Positions 1 to 16,806 of a DNA stretch of 64,000 nt are shown one piece after another. Every line of letters begins with the position of its first letter. The first letter of the stretch is position 1. The notes beneath the pieces are model-generated. The model was not told the origin of the DNA, searched no databases, and was given only the letters and a program-made list of their open reading frames with translations. The stretch is from Azolla caroliniana. Taxonomy: Eukaryota > Plantae > Polypodiophyta. The position numbers and the translations under genes are program-made. Location: assembly GCA_043228905.1 (NCBI GenBank), contig JBHGNT010000003.1, positions 9,610,001 through 9,674,000 on the forward strand. The letters are read 5' to 3'.

Positions 1-699
1 ATGTAAACACATTGTTTCCTACTTGGAAATGTGATCATTTGATGATGATTCACTCAAGAGCAATCATGATTTCCTCGAAAATTATGAAACAGTCATTATT
101 CTTTTCTCCATTTTTCCCAGGTCCCAATCGTGAATTATTTGAAAATGATTATAATTCCCTCAAAAACAATCACAACTCCAAAAAATATCACAATTTTTAG
201 GAACTCCTTGCAAAATACTCACCTTTTCAAGTATAGAAGAAGAGGAAAACCGAAAATATATAGAAAAATTAGAAGAAAAGACATAAAGGTACCTTAATAT
301 GTCAATGTATGAACTAGGATTTCCAGGACGAAGAAGTTGTTTCCTCAATGTATGAATGAAGATTCCCTTTTGGAAGAGCAAGAAGAATCAGGGTTTCCTC
401 GAAGAAGAAGGGATCTTGTTTTGTGGATGTACAGCTTAGGGTATTTCTTTCCGTAGAGCACAGAGAAGAAGAAGGAACAGGGTTTCCTTGAAGAAGAAGG
501 TATTTCTAATATGTCGACGTAATACGAATATTAGGGTTTCCCTTTCAAGAGAAAGAAGAAGGAGAAGGAGAAGGAGAAGGGGAAGGGGAAGAAAGAAGGT
601 TTTCTGAAGTATGAATTACGGATTCCTTGGAGAAAGAAAGAACTGAAAGAATCTGTGATGGTGTGGAGGTGGAGGTGGAAAAAGGAGAGAAGAGAGTGC

Positions 700-770
700 G
701 ATGGGCGATGGGCGATGGGCGATTGGCGATGGGCGATTGGCAATTGTCGATGGGCGATTGGCGATGGCGA
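700..770. repeat. (GGCGAT)n hexamer repeat
   Basis: About 10 imperfect GGCGAT/GGGCGAT units; shorter runs at 845-864 and 2207-2222. Confidence 0.85.
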
Positions 771-919
771 GAGACGTGCAGAGAACGTCGAAGGGGGATG
801 GAGGAGAGAAGGGGAGGGGGGTCATGAGGGTCTTGTGTGTGTGTGGCGATGGCGATGGCGATGGTGGGTCCACTCAAAAAGAAACAAACCAGAAAGAAGA
901 AGAACAAGAAGAAGAGCTT

Positions 920-1165
920 CTGTGTGTGTGTGTGTGTGTGTGTGTCTCTCTCTCTCTCTATGTGTGTGTGTGTGTGTGTTTCTCTCTCTCTATGTGTGTG
1001 TGTGTCTCTCTCTCTCTCTCTATGTGTGTGTGTGTCTCTCTCTCTCTCTCTCTATGTGTGTGTGTGTGTGTTTCTCTCTCTCTCTATGTGTGTGTGTGTG
1101 TGTGTCTCTCTCTCTCTATGTGTGTGTGTGTGTGTCTCTCTCTCTCTATGTGTATGTGTGTGTCT
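920..1165. repeat. Compound (TG)n(TC)nTA microsatellite
   Basis: Alternating TG and TC runs repeated about 7 times. These produce the spurious CVCV/SLSL ORFs in the track. Confidence 0.95.
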
Positions 1166-1739
1166 TTGGTCGAGACCCATCGCCACGACCCGCGACGCCA
1201 CCATGTGATCTCGAGAACCTTCCGCCCGCTGTCTCTACCTCCCATGTGCTGCTTGACTCGGCAAATACCAATACATAACACGACATATACATCCCCCATC
1301 GGTCGATCCGTCCATACAGATATATGTCACATGCGTGTCGATAGATCACGCATTACATTACCCTCTTCTGCCCTTCGCTTGCATGCGGCCTCCCTCAAGC
1401 CTTTTTGTATACTACTGTGCATCGCTTGATTCAGTAGTATTGCAGGCTTCAATTGGTGGTAGTCATGCATGCTTGAAGCTGATATCATACAATGTGGGGC
1501 TTGAATCGAGAACTCGGTGACAAAGTAACATCAAGAGCTAGGGATAACATGATGCATGCACACAACCTGATCTTATAGGATCACATTCTCGTAGTAATAT
1601 AACAATAGGCATGCAAACCATTTGAATACATCAAGGGCTTGACGTACTACGTAGAGTAATGAAGTTATATGAGGATCAAAGATAAGAAAACATGTTGATG
1701 ACATATTATCCTCAGACGTCAAGTATGGCATGTTTGTTT

Positions 1740-2148
1740 AGAAGTGAGTCATTTTTACATAATGTGCATGGAATTGAGTATGTCTGATTCATAGTGTGCC
1801 GAAAACAAATTCATATGTGTTCTAAGGCAACACATTGTAACAAAGTGTGATGCTCTTGAACTTGTTTGAGCAAAATAGGCATAGTCAGCGAGTCTCCTAA
1901 CTTGTGCCCCAACATCTTGTCTCACCTTGAACAGAATGCGAGCTAAGTAAGTCGTATGGAAGCAATGGCATGAACGACGAACAAAACAATGGGCTCCAAC
2001 ATGTATTGCTGAGTGTGGCTTCCCCATTTTGGAGAAGATGATGGTTTTGTAGTTTGATGCAACATATTTAATATAATGTGAAATGTGAGTCTCCACATGT
2101 TTTCCTAGGCATAATGAGGGCATTATGAAGCAAATGTGACACATCCCC
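1740..2148 (-). mobile_element. Degenerate RTE-X-like LINE 3' fragment
   Basis: Minus-strand translation contains SHYIKYVASNYKTIIF, matching THYTTHVAPNYKTIFF in the full-length LINE near 48 kb. Confidence 0.75.
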
Positions 2149-2384
2149 ATTACGAAGGGGGGTGGAGGAGACAAGGGGAGGGGGGTCATGAGGGTCTTGT
2201 GTGTGTGGCGATGGCGATGGCGGGTCCACTAAAAGAAACAAACCCGAAAGAAGAAGAAGAAGAAGAGCTTTTTTTTGTGTTATGTGTGTGTGTGTGTGTG
2301 TGTGTGTGCGTCTCTCTCTCTCTCTCTCTCTATGTGTGTGTATGTGTTTCTCTCTCTCTCTATGTGTGTGTGTCTCTCTCTCTA

Positions 2385-3237
2385 GATGTATTCTTACCAC
2401 ATGCACTAAGGGTTGCCATTGGACAACTTAGAATATCATCTCACCAACTTTAGATTGAGAATGGTCGTACTAATGGAGTCCCGAGGGAGGAAAGAATATG
2501 TAGGTTATGCCACATAGAGATAGAGGATGAGTATCACTTTACATGCAAGTGTCCAACCTACGCCGAGATAAGGGCAAAATACCAAGACATACTTGGTTCC
2601 TCTCTCACCCTCCCCAAACTATTAGATACTCTAGATATAAAGAAATTAGGCAAATACATTCTAGAGCTAAAACACAGAGAGAATACGTTACAAAATGTTG
2701 ACAATAATGTTGGTAATGTTCACCAACATGTAACAAATGAAGTTTTTCGGGAACAGGGGGAGACAACGAATGTCGACACACCTGCACCACTCAACCTTTC
2801 CCTTGATGAGGCAGAAAACGAAAGAAGAATCAGACGTCCTCGAGTGTTGGGTTTCAAAGCAACTCGACCTGGTGTAGAAGCAATAATGAAAATAAGGGAA
2901 CGCGAGCTACACCGCCTAGAAGCCATGGCTAGGGCACTCTCTACATTGGGACCACAGGCCACACCCACACCAAAACCCTTTGACCTCCCACTTCTTTTCG
3001 AGAGGCTTGGGTGGAAATAAAATTAGGCTTAGTGTAAAGTCACTTCCTTTATCGAGTATACCACGTTTTGTACACTACTAGAACTCTTTTAGCTTAAGTT
3101 CTATTTTTACTTTATTTTATTTTAGTTATGATGACTGGATAAATACTCATTTTGCTGTAAACCAATTGTCTCATGGGCCAAATTTGGCCTTAGAAGACAT
3201 TAATATATCTTTCTCTCTCTCTCTATCTCTCTCTCTC

Positions 3238-3240
<3 letters not shown>
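2385..3240 (+). mobile_element. 5'-truncated RTE-X-like LINE (family B) with 3' stem-loop and (CT)n tail
   Basis: Translates LRISSHQL*IENGR...RICRLCHIEIEDEYHFTCKCPTY (C-terminal Zn-finger-like motif), open to TAA at 3020. Hairpin at 3168-3198, then (CT)n. Confidence 0.85.
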
Positions 3241-3273
<33 letters not shown>

Positions 3274-3799
3274 TTTGGTCGAGACCCTTTGCTATGACAC
3301 GAGACGCCACCATGTGATCTCGAGAACATTCCGTCTGCCGTCTCTACCTCCCATGTGCTACTTGACTCGGCACATACCAATACCTAACACGACCTATACA
3401 GCCCCCATCGGTCAATCCATCCGTACAGATATGTCACATGCGTGTCGATAGATCACACATTACATTACTCTCTTTTGCCTTTCGCTTGCATGCGGCCTCC
3501 CTCAAGCCTTTTTGTATACTACTGTGCATAGCTTGATTCAGTAGTATTGTGGGCTTCAATTGGTGGTAGTCATGCATGCTTGAAGCTGATATCATACAAT
3601 GTGGGGCTTGAATCGAGAACTCGGTGACAAAGTAACATCAAGAGCTAGGGATAACATGATGCATGCACACAACCTGATCTTATAGGATCACATTCTCGTA
3701 GTAATATAACAATAGGCATGCAAACCATTTGAATACATCAACGGCTTGACGTACTACGTAGAGTAATGAAGTTATATGAGGATCAAAGATAAGAAAACA

Positions 3800-4600
3800 T
3801 GTTGATGACATATAATCCTCAGACGTCAAGTATGGCATGTTTGTTTAGAAGTGAGTCATTTTTACATAATGTGCATGGAATTGAGTATGTTTGATTCAGA
3901 GGGTGCCGAAAACAAATTCATATGTGTTCTAAGGCAACACATTGTAACAAAGTGTGATGCTCTTGAACTTGTTTGAGCAAAATAGGCATAGTCAACGAGT
4001 CTCCTAACTTGTGCCCCAACATCTTGTCTCACCTTGAACAGAATATGAGCTAAGTAAGTCGTATGGAAGCAATGGCATGAATGGCGAACAAAACAATGGG
4101 CTCTAACATGTCTTGTTGAGTGTGACTTCCCCATTTTGGAGAAGACAATGGTTTTGTAGTTTGGTGCAACATATTTAATATAATGTGAAATGTGAGTCTC
4201 CACATGTTTTCCTAGGCATATTGAGGGCATTACGAAGCAAATGTGTTGCATCCCATTTTCCAAAACATTTCTTTATAAATTGGTTTAATGTGCTTATTGA
4301 ATACTCTTACTTGCTTCCCATTCACTTCTAGGAAGTCAATGTGTGGTTCAACTTTCATGGTCATGATCTAAATGGGAAATGATCCAATATCATGTAGGGG
4401 AATGTATAACACTTGTAGTTTGGCTTTAAGAAAATTCATAAAGAGAGCACTTCGACCTTTTTTTGAATAGTTAAGGATGTATTGTCCTCTGATCTGAGAT
4501 TATGATATAAACAACCCAAGTGAAGCATATACCACTATGGTGAAATCGGGAGGCATATTACTCTTACAAAGTAGTGCTAGAGAATCTCAATTCAAATATG
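3800..4600 (-). mobile_element. Degenerate RTE-X-like LINE ORF2 3' portion
   Basis: HYIKYVAPNYKTIVF on the minus strand. The reverse complement of 4290-4345 matches the HRLPRIAWEASK-encoding DNA at 47757-47810. End points are approximate. Confidence 0.7.
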
Positions 4601-5720
4601 AGGTGATGGAATTCCATAAACCTTCAATTGATATTTGCAGTAAGTGAGTGAGTTTGTCTACTTTCTCCATCTCAAACAAGAATGAAATCCTCATTAATTC
4701 AATTTAAAGAGATATTTTATCTACCCCCCACTTTGAGATTAAGGTACGGGGGACAAGGACATTCTCAATTGTCCAACCCAATTACCTTCATGTCCTTCTC
4801 TAGGAGATTGAGGATACTTCTATTGTTTCACTTCATCTTCAACTTGTATGTCATCTTGACTGTGTCTCAAATGGTTTTTCAAGATAGTTATTCTCAACAA
4901 CAAGAACATTTCATTTTCAATTCTCCGTTGTAAGTGCTCACAACTTGTCACCTTGATTGTTGATGGTATATTGTAAAGAAATCAAGTGACTCAAAATCAT
5001 TGTTTCTATTATTAGTGATGTTGCATTGGGATCAAGAGTCTTTGTTGACTTAAGCTCATTTTATATGTATTACCAGTCTTTGCTGCCCCCTTAAATGGCA
5101 ACCATTTTCCATTTTATTATTAGTGATGTTGCATTGAGTTCAAGAACCTTTGGTGACCTACACTCATTTCCGTTGCATTGCCAAACTTTCAATAGTCCCC
5201 TTAATAGTGTTGGCCATGCCAGAATCAAACTCTATAGGTAGAGATTCTAAATTTCCTTTTCTTAGATCATGCTATAAAATATAGATAAAAAATCATAACT
5301 TTTCTTGCTCAAATTTGATAGAGCTTTTAGTATAATAAGGTAAGACACAAGTAGGCCAAAGAGAGAGCAGCGATGAGGTGAATATATATCCTGTCTCACA
5401 TATATAAAGCTCATGTCTTTTTATTTATCATGAAAAGTAGGTCCTCTTTTGTCCAGCTTATCATTTTATGAGATTTTCAAATAGTGGCTGCGACTTCAGG
5501 AATTGAATAATACAACAATACATTTTTCATGCGAAAAATGGTGGCAAATATCTCTTCATTTACCGCGGCAATCAAAATAGAAACAAGAAAGAACCATCAG
5601 CAAAAAAAAAAAATTGGAATATGAACGTCTCAAAGACCATCTATGATACCTAATCCATGGAAATATAATCTTTTCAACATTTCCTTTAAACCACATGTCT
5701 TTTGCTCATATGATTTGATA

Positions 5721-11983
<6,263 letters not shown>

Positions 11984-12173
11984 GGACAGCCAAGCTTTTC
12001 TTCAAATGACCCTTTTCTTTTTATCTAGCTTTCAGTCTTTTCTTCTAAAGTTTTAGAACAAAATGAAAGTGGGCAAAGATTGTGTGTGCCCAATTTAACT
12101 ATCATTTTCCTCTTCTTGTGGCGAGGCGAGACCAGGTAGCAAATATATATGTGGGGAGGCAAGGGGCGGCGGG

Positions 12174-12430
12174 AGATTTAGGCCGAGACTTGTAGTTAAG
12201 TAATTGTGTCAGTCAGTCAATCCAACTGAAGCTAAATGGAAATATGTATGTGTGGGGGATTCAGGCCGAGACTTATAGTTAAGTAATTGTGTTTGTCAAT
12301 CAATCCAACATATGCTAAATGGCAATATGTATGTGTGTGTGTGGGAGGGGGGGGGGGGGGGGGGAGGGATTCAGGCCGAGATCTGTAGTTAATTAATTGT
12401 GTCCGTTGATCAATGCAACCGAAGCTAATA
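12174..12430. repeat. Three copies of a ~65 bp unit upstream of TrpRS
   Basis: ggatt(c/t)aggccgaga...tagttaa(g/t)taattgtgt...caat at about 12174, 12257 and 12367. Confidence 0.85.
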
Positions 12431-12924
12431 CATTTTGGTAAATTGGGACATCGATTCCATCGACTTTCTAATAGTCGCCCGAACTCACAAATCCCCAAAA
12501 TGCCTTGAAGCATCATGTCATGTTCGTTTGCAAAACCAAATTGGTAAAAGCGTTGAAACACCCTAGCCATGTAGAAGTAAAGGGGATTACTTGCTAATTT
12601 TAAGTTAATGATGATTATTTCCATTAATACATTGATTAAAAAATAATCATTGTTTATTCACGTTGCGCGAATTCCTTGAGATCACAAAAAGGGAATTACA
12701 TGATCCCATCATTGACCTCATGAAAAAGGATAGGCATTACACCAAAATAGACGGGACAACGCCCTTGAATGCGTTGATGAGTGCCATCACTACTAAAGGG
12801 TTTGAAGCCTAGGAATAATATATTGAGTGCTAGTATATGAGGCAAGTTTGTAATCAACCTCGTGTTCAAGGGTGTCTAATAAAAAGGGTGATGACCAATC
12901 AACATGAAGCATGGGTGGAAGATC

Positions 12925-13155
12925 CAATGAATCGAAAGCTCAAAGAAGTCGAGGGCTCCCACGAGTCGAAAGCTCCTAAGAGTTGAAAGCTCAGAGGAGT
13001 CGAGGGCTCCCATGAGTCGAAAGCTCAAAGGAGTCGAGGGCTCCCATGAGTCGAAAGCTCGGAGGATTCTAAGGCTGTTATGACTCTAAGGCTCCCACAA
13101 GTCAAAAGCTGAGAGGAGTTGAGGGTTCCCACGAGTCGAATGCTCAGAGGAGATG
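12925..13155. repeat. 17/34-bp tandem repeat (GAGTCGAAAGCTC/GAGTCGAGGGCTC), probably LTR U3
   Basis: About 13 alternating subunits. Confidence 0.85.
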
Positions 13156-13166
13156 ATGTTGTAATA

Positions 13167-13461
13167 AACTAATTAGTTAGAATAAATAAATATAAAAATG
13201 GGAAATACAATACGAAAAGGTGCACCCCACTAATAGGGTGCACCGATAACCACCACAATCTCTCAGAAGTGGTTGGTTGGTTGTAGAGTGAGAAGATTAA
13301 AACATTCAATACAAATCTCTCTCTCTCTTTCAATTTCATAATTCTACATGGTACCAAGGCATTAAAAGAGCCCAACACCCCACCAAGTGTCATGATATGG
13401 CAAGACTCGAACCCACAACCTTATGTTACATGGGTTGAGCTCTTGACCATTACACTATCTA
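13167..13461 (-). mobile_element. tRNA-derived SINE
   Basis: The minus strand starts with an A-box-like TAGTGTAATGG and a B-box GGTTCGAGTC and ends AT-rich. 8-bp TSD TTGTAATA at 13159-13166 and 13462-13469. Confidence 0.7.
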
Positions 13462-13525
13462 TTGTAATACATAAGATATTATTTTTATTTACTATAGAAA
13501 ATTAATGTATATTCCAGATTTCTCT

Positions 13526-13571
13526 GGAACATTCTAGAAGCTTCAAGGTTACTCCTGAGAACACTATAAAA
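13526..13571 (+). promoter_or_regulatory. Perfect 4-unit heat-shock element plus TATA box in a Gypsy LTR
   Basis: gGAAc-aTTCt-aGAAg-cTTCa at 13526-13545; TATAAAA at 13565-13571. Confidence 0.7.
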
Positions 13572-13676
13572 GGAGGCACAAGGCATTATTTCGAACCAAA
13601 TCGGTTCAACGCCAATCTTAAGCCTCCTAACCTTCCTTGTATATTCTTCTCACATAATATATCGATGTCATCATCA

Positions 13677-13717
<41 letters not shown>

Positions 13718-16349
13718 TCTCTCGAGTGTTCTACACCCTTTATTCCTCTTAGTACTAATATTCCTCTCTTAGTACTAATTTCTTCTCTGTCTCCTCCTTT
13801 CCTCCTCTTCCTTTTATCTTCTTACATATCCCCTTTTTTCCAGTCTTCTTTTTGGTTTCCCTCATCTTTTTACCCCTTTTTTCTCTTAATACTAATCCTC
13901 TTATCCTCCCTAGTAAAATGGAAATTGTTAGCGCTCAAGAATACCAATCTGTTTTCTCAGAGCTCCAGTGCTTAAAAGAGAAATTTGTAGCACTAGAACA
14001 AGAAAATCACCGTTTGTTGGGGGATCTTCAACATAGCGCTAGAAAAACAACAACATGGGGAGCTGACGTTATGGGTACAACAACTTGAAGCGGCTATTGT
14101 ATCACTACAACAACAAGGATCAAACACTTAAGGGATTCACAAAGAACCCAAGATCAGTCTTCCTGCAAAATTTGATGGGACTCGATCATAGTTTAGACGT
14201 TTTCTGAATCAGGTATGGTTAGTGATTCAAATGCATCCTTCTCGATATCCCACCGATGCATCACGAGTGGGACTAGTAGGCACTCTACGTAGTGGCTCAA
14301 CATTGGCATGGTTCGCTCTGTTGTTAGAAAAGGAAACTAAACAATTTTGAAGAATTTTTAAGTGAGTTTAAATCCTATTCTGGAGATACTGACAACATAA
14401 GGACAACAATCAACAAAATCCGACGATTATGCCAAGGTGATCGTCTAGCCTTCGCATACACTGCAGATTTTCGCCTACTCGCTACCCATATCCCTTGGGA
14501 TGATCAAGCATTCATGGAGCAATTTCGTTATGGCTTATGCAACGATGTCAAGGACTTACTCTTGACCTTCCCTAAAGAACCAAAGTCATTAACAGAAGCA
14601 ATCAGTTGCGCGGTGAGATGCGACAACCGCCTTTTCGAACGACATTCGAAACGGCAATTCTAGATGCCGAGGGCAAGATCAGAGCCCACCTATGCCTCAG
14701 TGGTAGCGAAACCTGTTCCGAGGGAGTCATATAATGCGTCTCTAGTGAATACTCCGACTCCGATGGAGATTGACACTACACGTCGTCGCGGACCATTATC
14801 GGAAGAAGAAAATCAGCGACGTTGAGTAAATCGACTATGTCTTTATTGCGGTGGACTAGGGCACATTGCAGTAAATTATCCCCATAGGCCAAGAAGAAAC
14901 CAAATAGTTGCTAGTTCTAATTGTTCTAAACTCGAGTCTATTTCAGTAGGAATATATGATAGTCCTAATAGTACTAATAGCCCAAATCTAGCGAACAAAT
15001 TTGATGTCCTTAGTTAGTTAGAAGAAGAGTTAAATGACTAAGTCCAGCCAAAATAGGAGCCGTTTGGTTGGACAACCCTAGATCTGTGCAACCCATTAGT
15101 GGTTCCATTCACTCTAAGCAAGTTAGCAATGTGTTTGTAGCCCAAGTAATAGATGGTACTAAAAGTACCCCTCCCGTACATGTCTTAGCACTTCTAGATT
15201 CTGGAGCTAATTCTTGCTTCATGGAGAGGAATTTTGCCCAAGCTCATCAGATATCTCTCAGAAAACTCTCGTGTCCAACGTCTATAGTAGTCATTGATGG
15301 TCATCCCATTGCTTCCGGAAATATCATAGAAGAGCCAGAGCCCGTTAATATTGTCCTAGATAATCTAGTGTGTGTAGTATCATTTAATATAATTAGTATC
15401 CCAGAACATCCCATTGTTTTAGGATTACCATGGTTCGAATTACATAACCCATACATAGATTGGAGAACAAGAGAAATCCGGTATTGACAAGCCCGAGGAT
15501 CTACTCATAAGATTGCAACCATTTCGCTACATCAGTTGCGGGAAGACGCAAGGAAGAAATGTTTCTCTTCGTAATATAAGTAAAACCCTCTAACACCACT
15601 AAAGAGGAGTCCACCGTTCAACTTCCAAAGAAGTATCATCATTATGCCGATGTGTTCGATAAAGTACAAGCCAATACGCTTCCTCACCATCGACCGTATG
15701 ATTGCCCCATCGATTTACAACCAGGAAAAGAGCCACCATGGGGACCGATCTACAATTTGTCACCAACCGGGCTAGAAGTCCTTCGAGCCTATATAGAGGA
15801 GAATTTGGAAAATGGTTTCATTCGGCATTCGAAATCTCCAGCCAACGCACCCATTTTCTTCGTCAAGAAAAAGGATGGATCACTTCGTGTCATTATAGAT
15901 TATCGTGGCTTGAATAAGGTCACCATCAGAAATAGGTATGCACTTCCCCTTATCTCGAGTCTTTTAGAATGGATCAATGGTGCAAGGTTCTTCACGAAGA
16001 TCAACTTACGGGGATCATATAACCTCGTACGGATCCGACCAGGAGATGAATGGAAGACAACATTTTGCACTAGATATGGGCACTTCGAGTATACGGTCAT
16101 GCCGTTCGGCCTCACTAATGCGCCATCAGTCTTCCAACACATGGCAAATGATATATTCCGAGATCTCTTGGATGTTTGTTTGATCATCTATTTGGATGAT
16201 CTACTGGTTTATTCGAAGACCTAAGAAGAGAATGATTCTCATGTACTGTTAGTACTAAAACGACTTTGAGAACATGGTCTTTATGCAAAGCTTGAAAAAT
16301 GTAGTTTCGGGTGCAACCAGGTGGAAGTTCTAGGCTATGTCATCTCCAT

Positions 16350-16806
16350 GTGAGGCTAATTACCACGTTCCAATGGCTATTAATACATAAGACACTACCG
16401 GTTGGAGCATGGCAACGTGGGAACCTTAGCTCTCCTAATTGTGTAGCGTGCCAATTGATAAGTACGAACATCAAGAGGAGGGGATGACTTTGGTGGTAAA
16501 AGCACAAGAGGTTATTTTTTACACCATCAACAATATCCACTCAACTCCTATTAATGCCAAATCTCAAGTTGTGTTGGAATTGGTCAACCCAATAACTCTT
16601 TGGATTCTATGGAAACAACGGTGTAAATGGGTCTTCTCCAACCAAATTGTACATCCACTAATGTTAATGGCAAGAGATATTGAGTGACGTTATAGCCACT
16701 CTAAAGAGCCAATACGATGGCATCAAGGAGCTCCAATGGAGTTGAAAGACAACAACTTAGCCTTTATCCAACAATGGTTGTCCTCTCCCTTTCTTGAGTC
16801 AGTGGG
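16350..16806 (+). mobile_element. Degenerate L1-type LINE ORF2 C-terminal fragment
   Basis: FQWLLIHKTLPVG and LWILWKQRCKWVF resemble the zf-RVT/C-terminal region of plant L1 ORF2. Confidence 0.5.

Larger units (their letters stand above)
789..4256. repeat. Tandem duplication of a ~1.35 kb unit; second copy interrupted by a LINE 3' fragment
   Basis: 789-1165 resembles 2153-2384 plus 3241-3270, and 1165-2148 is near-identical to 3270-4256. Confidence 0.9.
12849..16345 (+). mobile_element. Truncated Ty3/Gypsy chromovirus (Tcn1/Tf-like): LTR region, gag, protease, partial RT
   Basis: Gag from ATG 13918 with EPKISLPAKFDG and PTPMEID plus a zinc knuckle; protease ALLDSGA; RT PPWGPIY...KKKDGSLR...YLDDLLVYS. 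Many stops and frameshifts. The 5' boundary is uncertain. Confidence 0.88.

Noticed and set aside
380-620. Telomere-like (T)AGGGTTT motifs
   Set aside because: Isolated single units in GAA-rich sequence, not a tandem telomeric array.
531-1429. Long overlapping ORFs rich in CV/SL/GDG repeats
   Set aside because: Artefacts of stop-free microsatellites; no protein-like complexity.
13390-13460. Functional tRNA gene
   Set aside because: A and B boxes are present but there is no convincing cloverleaf, and the TSD and tail indicate a SINE.
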